Shown here one piece after another: positions 53,470 to 63,400 of a stretch of 64,000 nt of DNA. This DNA comes from Patescibacteria group bacterium (lineage in GTDB: Bacteria; Patescibacteriota; UBA1384; UBA12157; JAENIV01): NCBI GenBank assembly GCA_049515915.1, contig JBEKTP010000002.1:36524-100523 (forward strand), read 5' to 3'. Each line of letters starts with the position of its first letter. Within the stretch, counting starts at the first letter, position 1. The notes under the pieces are model-generated. The model saw only the letters and a program-made list of their open reading frames with translations, was not told the origin of the DNA and ran no database searches. The position numbers and the translations under genes were made by a program.

Positions 53470-54782
53470 TATTCTTCTCGTCTTTTCATTAAGAGTTCTT
53501 TAGCGACTTTTTTATCGGACCAAGGAACTTTTTCGTGACCCACTACCATACACTCTTCCGCGCCTTTACCAGTAATGATAACGATATCGTCTTTGACAGC
53601 CAAGCTGAAGGCTTTTTCGATCGCTTCGCGGCGATCTAAAATCTTAAAGAAACTTTCGCCACCCATTTTTTGGCCGCGGCCCGCTCCCCGCGGCACTCCA
53701 GCGGCCACCTCTTCAATAATTTTAACCGGATCTTCGGTATACGGATCCTCGTTGGTCAAGATTACCACATCGGCAAACCGCCCAGCAATGGCGCCCATAA
53801 TCGGCCTTTTCGACCGATCACGGTCGCCGCAGGCACCTAAAACCGCGATGATTTTGCCCCGTCGTGAGGCCGCCAAAGTCGAATATATTTTTTCCAAAGC
53901 GTCCGGCGAGTGGGCGTAATCGATAATTACCGCAAACGACTGGCCCATGTCCACCGTTTCCATCCGGCCAGGGATATTGTCGATACCTTCCAGCGCGTCT
54001 TTGACGACGTTGAGATGGATATTAAGGTCGTAAGCCACCGAGAGCGCGGCCACGGCATTATAGATATTGAACTTGCCCGGTAATTTAAGATTAATCGCCA
54101 CTTGACTTTCGGGCGTAATAACCGTAAACATACTGCCGGTCGCCTCCAAAATAATTTTTTTAGCCAAAATGTCCGGTCGGGCCGGCCGATCTTTTTCCCC
54201 TCCTTCGGCGCCATAAGTAATCGTTTTAGGCATCGGAATTCGGATAAAATAACTGGCTGATTTATCGTCAATGTTGATAATGCCCGTTTGGCACTCGGCA
54301 AAGATTCTGGCTTTGGCAGCGCGGTATTCTTCCTGGGTTTTATGATAGTCCAGATGATCATGGGTAATGTTGGTAATCACGGCAATTTTGGGTTTAATTG
54401 ACCAAATTCTTTCTTGGACGATGGCGTGAGAAGTTGTCTCTAAAACCAGGAAATGGCAACCGGCGTTGACCGCCTCCCGAATAAACTTTTGTAAGCTAAA
54501 CGGCGAAACGGTTGTCATTTTGGTTTTGTTCGTCCACTCTTTTTTATTGATGCGAAAATTAATCGTCGTCGCCAAGGCCACCTTATAATTGGCCTGTTCT
54601 AAAATTTTCGCAATCATATTGCAGGTGGTCGTTTTACCGTTGGTGCCAGTCACCATAATTACTCGAAGATTTTTCGCCGGCTCTCGATAAATGAGGGCGG
54701 CCAAAATCCCCCGGGCCTTGTGCGTCCAGAGGATGAAGGAAGGAGGCAAAATTTTACGTAGATAATCTTTGATCGAATCCAT
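53469..54782 (-). CDS. murE: Mur ligase (MurE-like UDP-MurNAc-tripeptide synthetase)
   Basis: VTGTNGKTTT P-loop and Mur ligase central and C-terminal domains; MurE versus MurF not resolved. Confidence 0.65.
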   Translation of the reverse strand: MDSIKDYLRKILPPSFILWTHKARGILAALIYREPAKNLRVIMVTGTNGKTTTCNMIAKILEQANYKVALATTINFRINKKEWTNKTKMTTVSPFSLQKFIREAVNAGCHFLVLETTSHAIVQERIWSIKPKIAVITNITHDHLDYHKTQEEYRAAKARIFAECQTGIINIDDKSASYFIRIPMPKTITYGAEGGEKDRPARPDILAKKIILEATGSMFTVITPESQVAINLKLPGKFNIYNAVAALSVAYDLNIHLNVVKDALEGIDNIPGRMETVDMGQSFAVIIDYAHSPDALEKIYSTLAASRRGKIIAVLGACGDRDRSKRPIMGAIAGRFADVVILTNEDPYTEDPVKIIEEVAAGVPRGAGRGQKMGGESFFKILDRREAIEKAFSLAVKDDIVIITGKGAEECMVVGHEKVPWSDKKVAKELLMKRREE

Positions 54783-55702
54783 TATTTTCTTCTTCTTTGC
54801 TCGGCTATTTTAAATAACTTATACCAAAATGGTTTATAAACCAGGTCGTAGCTACCAACGATGTTCACCTTCTCGCCACCAAATTGTTCTTTAAAGCGAG
54901 TGATACCAGTATATTTGTGATTTTCCTGACCGGGCGGGGCAATCGCCAACAAATCATACTTTTGACAACCTCGCTTCTTCGCTGCGCAAATTGCTTCGTA
55001 GTGAGCCAAATACGGCGCCATCACATGGCGATAATCCACTGAGGAAGCACCGTAAAGAAAAGTCGCCACGCCATCGTAGTAGGTAATAATCAAGCCGGCA
55101 ACAGGCACCTTTTCGAACCGGGCAATGAGCAAATCGGCCCGGCCAGCAGCGTAAAGTCGCGTCAATAAATCCTGAAAATATTTCTTTGACCGAATCTCAA
55201 AATGCTGATTTTCGGAAGTTTGACGAAATAAATTATAAAATACATCGATATTTTCGAGTAAATTTTCTTCAGAAATGCGCTCAACCTTGACTTTGGACTT
55301 TTGGGCAACCTTGATATTGTAGCGGCCTTTCGGCTTCATCTGAGCGAGAATTTCATCTTCGGATTTGGAGATGTCAATGATTTGACGCCACTCCGGCTGA
55401 AGTTCCTCAAATGCTTTAATGAAGCCATTTTGTTTTAAATTTTTGATAATTTCGGGGCGATTTTCGTCAAGAATCTCTAGCCTGAAAAATATGGAAGAAA
55501 AATTTTTCGCAATTTTTTGTATATTTTGTAAAAAATTTTGTAAATTCGCAATCGATTGATATTCTAATTCGGGGACATACAAAAAAGAAAAACCGAGCGG
55601 TAATGACTTCCCAAGAACTTTGATCCCGGCGATATCAAAAACCTTCCAGCCCTGCTTCTCTTTCAGGCTGGCCCATTCGTCCGTCTGTAGCAATGAATGC
55701 AT
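54782..55702 (-). CDS. FemABX-family peptidoglycan branch aminoacyltransferase (putative)
   Basis: N-terminal QTDEWASLKEKQGWKV pattern typical of Fem/MurM proteins; translationally coupled to the Mur ligase. Confidence 0.5.
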   Translation of the reverse strand: MHSLLQTDEWASLKEKQGWKVFDIAGIKVLGKSLPLGFSFLYVPELEYQSIANLQNFLQNIQKIAKNFSSIFFRLEILDENRPEIIKNLKQNGFIKAFEELQPEWRQIIDISKSEDEILAQMKPKGRYNIKVAQKSKVKVERISEENLLENIDVFYNLFRQTSENQHFEIRSKKYFQDLLTRLYAAGRADLLIARFEKVPVAGLIITYYDGVATFLYGASSVDYRHVMAPYLAHYEAICAAKKRGCQKYDLLAIAPPGQENHKYTGITRFKEQFGGEKVNIVGSYDLVYKPFWYKLFKIAEQRRRK

Positions 55703-55891
55703 GATTTTATTTTACTATTTTGGAGTTAAAACCGCAATTTAAACGGGTTAGGACGTCCTCTCGTAGAGGCGCTGGATTAATCGTATTTGCCGAAACATCA
55801 AGTCCAATAATTGGCCGCATACCACTTCACCTTTCCCTTAAATTGTGGTTTAATATTACTACCAAACTTATCTTATTTCAAGAGTGAGAGC

Positions 55892-56905
55892 ATGCCTAAA
55901 TCCAAACCGATAAAAATCTTAGCCATTGAAACCTCCTGTGACGAAACGGCCGCGGCGGTTATTGAAAAAACCGACAGCGATTTAGAAATTATTTCCAATG
56001 TCGTTACCTCCCAGATAGAAATTCATAAAAAATATGGCGGTGTTTTTCCGGAACACGCCTCCAGAGCGCATGTGGAAAAAATTATTCCCGTGGTGGAAGA
56101 AGCGTTGGGGAATATTGATCCCGATATTATTGCTGTAACCATCGGCCCAGGTCTTATCGGTTCCTTACTCGTCGGTATTAATTTTGCTAAAACGCTTGCA
56201 TTTGCCCAAAAGAAACTTATTATCGGTGTAAACCATTGGCTTGGGCACATCTATTCGAATTGGGCAGAGAAACCGTATCCGATATTTCCCGCTTTGATCC
56301 TTATCGTTTCTGGTGGCCACACCGGTTTAGTTTTAATGGAGTCGCCCAACGATATTGAGCCTCTCGGCGAAACTTTAGATGACGCCGCCGGCGAAGCGTT
56401 CGACAAAGTGGCAAAACTATTAAACCTCAGTTATCCGGGCGGCCCCGCCATTTCTAAAGCGGCCAAAAAAGGCAATCCAAAAACTTATAATTTTCCGCGG
56501 TCAATGCTCGATCAAAAAAACTATAATTTTTCATTTTCCGGTTTAAAAACAGCTATTTTATATGAAACTAAAAAACTGCAGAAAATGTCATTGAAAAATA
56601 AAGCTGATTTTGCGGCCAGTTTTCAGCAAGCGGTGATCGATATCTTAATCGGCAAAACCATTCAAGCCGCTTATGAATTCAAACCAAAATCGATATGTCT
56701 TTGTGGCGGCGTTTCGGCGAATAAAGAACTTAGAGAACAAATGAAAAAAGCAGTTGCTAAACTGCCCTGGAAAACTTCTTATCATGTACCGCCGATTAAA
56801 CTTTCCACCGACAATGCGGCCATGATCGGCATCGCCGCGGCTTATTATTTAGATGATGCTACCACACACGATAAAATATCAGCTGACTCAAATTTGAAAC
56901 TTTAA
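55892..56905 (+). CDS. tsaD: tRNA N6-adenosine threonylcarbamoyltransferase TsaD (Kae1/YgjD)
   Basis: ILAIETSCDETAAAV, SGGHT and metal-binding His motifs; ORF is open to 55811 but the start is probably the ATG at 55892. Confidence 0.85.
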   Translation: MPKSKPIKILAIETSCDETAAAVIEKTDSDLEIISNVVTSQIEIHKKYGGVFPEHASRAHVEKIIPVVEEALGNIDPDIIAVTIGPGLIGSLLVGINFAKTLAFAQKKLIIGVNHWLGHIYSNWAEKPYPIFPALILIVSGGHTGLVLMESPNDIEPLGETLDDAAGEAFDKVAKLLNLSYPGGPAISKAAKKGNPKTYNFPRSMLDQKNYNFSFSGLKTAILYETKKLQKMSLKNKADFAASFQQAVIDILIGKTIQAAYEFKPKSICLCGGVSANKELREQMKKAVAKLPWKTSYHVPPIKLSTDNAAMIGIAAAYYLDDATTHDKISADSNLKL

Positions 56906-56921
56906 AAAAATATGCTATAAT
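56894..56921 (+). promoter_or_regulatory. sigma-70-like promoter TTGAAA-16-TATAAT ending 6 nt before the hicB ATG (leaderless transcript likely)
   Basis: -10 TATAAT at 56916-56921; ATG at 56928. Confidence 0.4.
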
Positions 56922-56927
56922 TTGGCC

Positions 56928-57137
56928 ATGAAAATGAGTCAGTTTAATTTTCCAATTATTATCGAAAAAGACGAAGACGGGTTTTATGTTGCTTCAACGC
57001 CCGTCATTTCTGGTTGTTATACTCAAGGGAAAACCCATAAAGAAGCACTTAAAAGAATCCAAGAAGCAATCGAACTTCATTTAGAAGCCCGCCAGATTAA
57101 AATTGACTTTCTTCCTCAAAGCCAATTAAAAGTATAA
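56928..57137 (+). CDS. hicB: HicB-family antitoxin
   Basis: ...IEKDEDGFYVASTPVISGCYTQGKTHKEALKRIQEAIELHLE is the typical HicB/UPF0150 fold; the track ORF starts at TTG 56922. Confidence 0.7.
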   Translation: MKMSQFNFPIIIEKDEDGFYVASTPVISGCYTQGKTHKEALKRIQEAIELHLEARQIKIDFLPQSQLKV

Positions 57138-57374
57138 ATGAGTCCTCTTTTACCGTCATTGCGCGCCAAAGATTTAGTTAAGACCGTTCGTAAGTGCAGT
57201 TTTTATTTTGTCCGTCAAAAGGGCAGCCACCAAATTTATAAACACCCTGACGGCCGTTGGGTAACAATCCCGATTCATCCCGGCGAGAATATCGGCCGCG
57301 GTTTATTAAGAAAGATCTTAAACGATCTCGAAATAAACCCAAAAGAATTTTTGAGATTGTTAAAAAGAAAGTAA
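57138..57374 (+). CDS. hicA: HicA-family mRNA interferase toxin
   Basis: KDLVKTVRKCSFYFVRQKGSHQIYKHPDGRWVTIPIHPGENIGRGLLRKILNDL; start codon abuts the hicB stop. Confidence 0.7.
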   Translation: MSPLLPSLRAKDLVKTVRKCSFYFVRQKGSHQIYKHPDGRWVTIPIHPGENIGRGLLRKILNDLEINPKEFLRLLKRK

Positions 57375-57430
57375 TTTCTTCAAAGCCAACCATAATTGAA
57401 ACTCTAACTTGAAAATGTTAGTCTTAGCTT

Positions 57431-59512
57431 ATGAAAGAAATTCCAAGCACATATGATCCAAAGGCAACTGAAGATCGTGTATATTCAATGTGGGAGAAAT
57501 CGGGCGCTTTTACGCCGAAAATCAAAGAAGGCAGAAAGCCTTTCGTTATTGTGATTCCCCCACCCAATGTGACCGGATCTTTACATATGGGCCATGCTCT
57601 TAATAATACGATTCAAGATATTTTGATAAGACGTTCGCGCATGAAAGGCGTTCCCACTCTTTGGATTCCAGGCACCGACCACGCGGGAATCGCCACTCAA
57701 AATGTCGTGGAAAAAGCACTCCAAAAAGAAGGCAAATCCCGCCACGATCTTGGCCGCGAAGAATTTGTCAAGCGGGTTTGGCAGTGGAAAGAGGAATACG
57801 GCCATATTATTATCGACCAGCTCAAAAAACTCGGCTGTTCCTGTGACTGGACGCGCGAGCGCTTTACCATGGATAACGATTATTCCGAGGCCGTTAACAC
57901 TGCTTTTAAACACTACTATAAAAAGGGGTGGATTTATCAAGGTGAGCGGGTGATTAACTGGTGTGTCCGCTGCCAAACCGCTTTGTCCGATATTGAGCTC
58001 GAACATAAAGAAGTCGAAGGAAATCTGTGGTTTATCAAGTATCCGGTAAAAGATTCTAAAGATTTTATCACCGTTGCCACTACTCGGCCGGAAACGATGC
58101 TCGGCGATACGGCCGTGGCCGTCAACCCGAAAGACAAACGATATAAAGATTTGATTGACAAGGTAGCTGTCGTTCCGATTATCAACCGCGAGGTGCCGAT
58201 TATCGCCGATGAAATCGTGGATATGAAGTTTGGCACCGGCGCCGTCAAAGTTACCCCGGCCCATGATATGAATGATGCCGAAATAGGTATTCGCCATCAC
58301 CTCAAAGCCATTAAAGTGATTAATGAGCTTGGTAAAATCACCGAAGAAGGTGGCAAATACGCCGGGCGAAAAATAGCCGAAGCCCGTGAAAATATTGCCA
58401 ATGAGCTCGAAAAGACAGGTTTAATTGAAAAAACCGAAAAATATCTCCATGAAGTGCCACACTGTTACCGCTGCGGACGTCAAGTTGAACAGCTTCTTTC
58501 CAAGCAATGGTTCGTCAAAATGTCGGAATTAATTAAGCCCGCCATTGCCGCCATTGAAAAAGATGAAATCAAAATCACCCCGGTGCGCTGGAAAAAAGTT
58601 TATCTTGATTGGATGAACAATATCCGCGACTGGTGCATATCAAGACAAATCTGGTGGGGTCACAAAATCCCCATCGAAGGTACTAAAGATGTTTTGGACA
58701 CCTGGTTTTCATCGGCCCTTTGGCCCTTCGCCACTCTTGGTTGGCCGAAAGAAACCGAGGATTTAAAGTATTTTTACCCCACCGCGATATTATCGACGGC
58801 CCGCGATATTAACATGCTTTGGGTGGTGAGAATGATTTTTTCCGGGCTAGAGTTTATGAAAGAAAAACCGTTTTCCGATATTTACGTTCACCCGACAATT
58901 TTTAATATTGAAGGTAAACGGATGTCCAAATCGCTTGGCACTGGCGTCGATCCGCTGGAATTAATCGATAAATACGGCACCGATGCAGTTCGTTTCGGCT
59001 TAACTTATATCAACACCGGCACACAGGATATTAAGTTTGACGAAAATGCCATTTTGGCCGGTAAAAAATTTGCGAATAAAATTTGGAACATCAGCCGATT
59101 TGTTTTGCAACAAATCGGAAATTCAAAATTCGAAGCACTAAATCCGAAACAAATCCCAAATCCTAAATCACAAACTGATAAAATAATATTAATTAAACTC
59201 AACCAAATCATCCAATCCACCGATGAAAATCTTGATAATTTCCACTTTGGCCAAGCGGCGCACGAGCTTTATGATTTTATCTGGCACGACTTGGCCGACG
59301 TTTATATCGAAAATTCTAAATCCCAAATTCTAAATCCTAAGCTTAAGGAAAATACAAATGAGATTCTACTTTATGTTCTTATTGATACCTTGAAACTTCT
59401 CCACCCCTTGATGCCTTTTATCACCGAAGAAATCTGGCAAAACCTTTACGTCAACAAATTGGTGGCAGAAAAAATTTTAATCACCGCCGTCTGGCCGACC
59501 ACCATTTCCTAA
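57431..59512 (+). CDS. valS: valyl-tRNA synthetase, short form lacking the C-terminal coiled-coil
   Basis: PPPNVTGSLHMGHALNNTIQD HIGH region; CP1 editing domain TTRPETMLGDTAV; KMSKSLGT; 693 aa. Confidence 0.85.
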   Translation: MKEIPSTYDPKATEDRVYSMWEKSGAFTPKIKEGRKPFVIVIPPPNVTGSLHMGHALNNTIQDILIRRSRMKGVPTLWIPGTDHAGIATQNVVEKALQKEGKSRHDLGREEFVKRVWQWKEEYGHIIIDQLKKLGCSCDWTRERFTMDNDYSEAVNTAFKHYYKKGWIYQGERVINWCVRCQTALSDIELEHKEVEGNLWFIKYPVKDSKDFITVATTRPETMLGDTAVAVNPKDKRYKDLIDKVAVVPIINREVPIIADEIVDMKFGTGAVKVTPAHDMNDAEIGIRHHLKAIKVINELGKITEEGGKYAGRKIAEARENIANELEKTGLIEKTEKYLHEVPHCYRCGRQVEQLLSKQWFVKMSELIKPAIAAIEKDEIKITPVRWKKVYLDWMNNIRDWCISRQIWWGHKIPIEGTKDVLDTWFSSALWPFATLGWPKETEDLKYFYPTAILSTARDINMLWVVRMIFSGLEFMKEKPFSDIYVHPTIFNIEGKRMSKSLGTGVDPLELIDKYGTDAVRFGLTYINTGTQDIKFDENAILAGKKFANKIWNISRFVLQQIGNSKFEALNPKQIPNPKSQTDKIILIKLNQIIQSTDENLDNFHFGQAAHELYDFIWHDLADVYIENSKSQILNPKLKENTNEILLYVLIDTLKLLHPLMPFITEEIWQNLYVNKLVAEKILITAVWPTTIS

Positions 59513-59570
59513 TTGATAATTGCCGTCCGGCTTGATATATTGAATATATAAACCCAACAAAGGAGGGTTA

Positions 59571-60389
59571 ATGTTTTCGATTAAAAAAATATTCCATTAT
59601 TTTCTTATATTTGTCCTCTTCGTGCCGATTTTTTTCCCCGGCGGTAATTTGGCGATTCCGAAAGCCCAGGCGGCGACTTCCAACCAACAAAGCACTGGCT
59701 CTAACCAAACCAACGCCACCCATCAAGATCCTAAGCCGGTCACCGCTAGCTGCGGTAATGGTTGTATTAATAGCGGATATACTGTCTATTTACAATGCCC
59801 AACCACCACTGACATCAACAACGCCACCGCAACTGACAGCACTCATTACCAATTATCTCTCAATTGGAGTATTAGCTTTACTCCAGAAGATAATGAATAT
59901 ATCAATTCTGCCCATGTCAATTGGACCGGCGATCCCAATGATTATTCGAACCTCGATGTTCAAAAGCTCTCAGGCACAAAAACCGGGACGGCGACACAAC
60001 AGCTTGTTTTAGATCATGGATATATGCCCGATATCGAAGTTGACGTATACAGTACGAATACAGGCACGCGTGAAGGAGTGATTGTTTCCAATATTTGTCA
60101 ATTTACTAAATATTCCAACCTGCTTCAAAATGGCTCAGGCAATCAAAACTCGGGTGGCAATCTCGGCACTGGCGGCGCCGTCAACAATGGCAGCACTGGC
60201 AGTAACTGCACATGCAAACTTAGCTCTGTCTCCACCATCCTTTCTGCATTTATGGATCCTGTTTGCAACATAATGTGTGTTTTTATCAATGCCATTATGG
60301 ATATCATTGACGATACAATTGGCAACTGGCTAACGACGGCGATTCAAGCCCAAGCGTGGCCACGGCCACTGGCGATAAAATATCCGTAA
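59571..60389 (+). CDS. secreted Cys-containing hypothetical protein with hydrophobic C-terminal segment
   Basis: Signal peptide ending AQAAT; N/T/S-rich; C-terminal LSSVSTILSAFMDPVCNIMCVFINAIMDII. Confidence 0.5.
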   Translation: MFSIKKIFHYFLIFVLFVPIFFPGGNLAIPKAQAATSNQQSTGSNQTNATHQDPKPVTASCGNGCINSGYTVYLQCPTTTDINNATATDSTHYQLSLNWSISFTPEDNEYINSAHVNWTGDPNDYSNLDVQKLSGTKTGTATQQLVLDHGYMPDIEVDVYSTNTGTREGVIVSNICQFTKYSNLLQNGSGNQNSGGNLGTGGAVNNGSTGSNCTCKLSSVSTILSAFMDPVCNIMCVFINAIMDIIDDTIGNWLTTAIQAQAWPRPLAIKYP

Positions 60390-60407
60390 AAAATATATAA
60401 ATTAAGT

Positions 60408-63400
60408 ATGTCAAACAAAACCAACCGTCAATGGGCGAAAGTTTTTTTGGCGGCCGTGATGGCGGTCGGTTTATTGTTGATAATTTTTGCTCCGACTGTC
60501 GCCCACGCCGCCGCCAGCGATATTCGCGACAGTTTGATTTCCACCGGCAACGGCCCTTACAAAGATTCTGTCATGCTCGGTTGGCGAATCTGTTTGGGGC
60601 TGGCCGATGTTTTTGTCACTTTAATTTTGGTTTTTTTGGCTGTCGTCAATATTGCCCACATCCAATACGATACCTACAATCTCAAGAAAACTTTGCCCTG
60701 GCTGATTATTGGCGTCATTTTAGCTAATTTCAGCCTGGTCATTTGCCGGATGTTTGTTGACGCCGCCAATGTTTTAACCAACACTTTTGCCACCAGTAAT
60801 ATTGTTACAAATATTCTCAAACCGCTTTATGTAAACTTAGGCTTGAACTATTTGGCCGGCGCGACAGCAACTGTTGGGCTGGCGAGTCTGGTCGGGTCAT
60901 TGGGAACACTAACAGTCGCCATGGGCATTATGACTTTGATTCTTCTTTTTCTGCCCTTAATCGGTCTTTTAATTTTATTGTTTTTACTTTATATCCGCAT
61001 CGCTTTAGTCCTCTTTTTAGCGATAATTGCGCCAATCGCCTTTGTCATGCTCGCCTTTCCGGTTACCCAAACCTATTTTAAACAATGGTGGTCCTGGTTT
61101 TTAAAATGGACCTTTATGAAACCGATCTGTTTTTTCCTTTTGTGGGCCGCCGTGACACTCGGCAAACCGCCAACCAGTGGAATTACAATGGTCAGCTTCT
61201 TAATTACCTTGGCTTTATGCTATCTCTCTCTTATTGCTCCTTTCAAACTCGGTGGCGCCATCATGGCCGGCTGGGGCAGGGTTGGTCGCTATATCACCCA
61301 AACCAACAAAGGCGGGGCGGTCACCAACTGGGCCGGCCGCCGTAAAGACCAGTCGGGCGCGGAGCTAAAAACGAAATTTCCTCGTCTTTTTGCCGGCGCG
61401 GAAAAAGATCGTTTAGTGACCGAACAAATGCAAAAAACGGCCGACAGCCGCGTCAAGCAGCAAGCCTGGAAAAGCCCTGATCTTGTCGCTCAGACCGAAA
61501 AAGCTGAAACTGAAGAGTCTAAACTTAAAGACTTGATGAATAAGCAGATGAAAGCTTTTGAAACTGGTGAAATGAAAATGAATTGGCTTTTGCGGCTCAA
61601 GCTCGCCCAGATTGAGTGGAACGGTGTTCGACCGAAGATTCAAAAGAAAACCTCCGGACAAATGGCCAGCGAGAAATTCGATACTGCGGCGGCACTCGAA
61701 CTTTCGACTAAACAACTCGAAGCGCACCGCAAAGACGCGACTTGGGATGCTATTATCAACGCCGGGCGGGGCGACCGAGAGCTGGACCAACGAATGGAAG
61801 ATCTTAAGAAGGCTGGCGCAAGCCTCCAAACTATCGACGTTGACAAAAACGGAAAAATCAACCCTGTTACTAAATATAAATACAAAATCGATGAAAAAAC
61901 CGGGGAAGTTGAAAAAGACGCTCAGGGTAATCCAGTTTTTGATACAGATCTTCAAGGTAACAAGATTTTAGAAGTCGCTACGTATCATGATTACATGGAG
62001 CAAGCGGCTTTTGTCAGCATGCAAGCCTTATCTGAACAAGACCCCACTAAAAAGAAAAATTATTTTGACTCAGCCGCGGAGATACGAAAACGGGCTGCCG
62101 ATTTCGCCCGCCAGCATCAAAAAACTGTCGACGGTAAAACTATTCACTATGACGCTTTTATGGATAAAAACCAATTTGGCCGAATTTATTCTATCACGAC
62201 CGCTCATCTCTTGGAAGAAGTTTCCACAAATACCCTGAATGAAAATGTTCACACCATGGTTGATCGTTTCTATAACGGCGGCTATGGCTGGCGCAATAAC
62301 CGTGGCAGCCACAAAGATTTGATTAACGTGGCGAGAGGCGATTACTCAGAAGTTGGAACGACCGCCATTGCACCCGCCGTAGCGGAATTTAGAACCTTCC
62401 TTGATTTCATCGGCCGTAAAGGCGGCAAAGACCGAGGTCGGTTTTTTGCCGCTTTTCTAGAAGCCATTGACGGCGGAGAAGTTTACGGCGACGACAATAA
62501 AGGCAAACTTTTAGAATCTCTGCTAAACAAAGAAAATTCCATTCGCCAAGGCGCTTCCGACGAATTCTTGGCTGAAGCGGTTGCCAGTGCCGCCCGGCGT
62601 GGGGTAGCCTCCTTTGCCGGCCTTAATTTTGCCCAATATGGGATAACGACAGGATCTCAGCCCACGAACGTTCTTGATATACTAAAACAACATGGAATTA
62701 ATTCAATCGATCAAATCAAGGCTCATCCAGAGATTTTTCGCCAACTTGACTTGACACCTTCTAACGCCACTCGTGCTCAAAGAAATATGCTCGACGGCAT
62801 GGCCGATCTTTTAGAAGAATCGGAAAATTTCTGCGGCCAGGGCAACCCCGTCGCTTATACGGTTAGAACCAAGAACCGCAACCACGACGATTGGTTTAAA
62901 GATTTTGCCCCGATCGAGAGTAAAGACGTCAAAAGAGTACTTAAAAGAAGATCCGAAAAGTTTGCTCACGACGAGGTTGTAAACGAACAATCATCTGCTC
63001 TCACTTCGAGCTCCCCTGAACAAATTATATCTTCAGCCAATAATGATCCCATTAAAGCAAGTCAAAAATATAGCGAGGCTGGAGCTAATTTAGCCACCCA
63101 AGAAAACCTTCAGATGGATTATTTTAAAATGGGCAGCCAGCCTATTGATCCTACGATTTTCAGAAATCAACTCGTCCAGGCCATCACCCAATCCGCCGCC
63201 ACCTCTTTTACCGGTTTACAAAATGAGCTTCAGCAAGCTTTCACCGGTCTTCAAGTGACGATGCCGGACATCGATACTCCCCAAGCAGTGGCTACCTTTA
63301 AACAGGAAGTCGCCGCTACTCAACAGGGGCTTAAAAATTACGCCAGTGTAACTAGTATGGCTCAGGCGGCCGATGTCCGCCAATACACTGGAGTTACACC

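Noticed and set aside
57581-58300. 239-aa minus-strand ORF inside valS
   Set aside because: Antisense to the conserved ValRS catalytic and editing domains.
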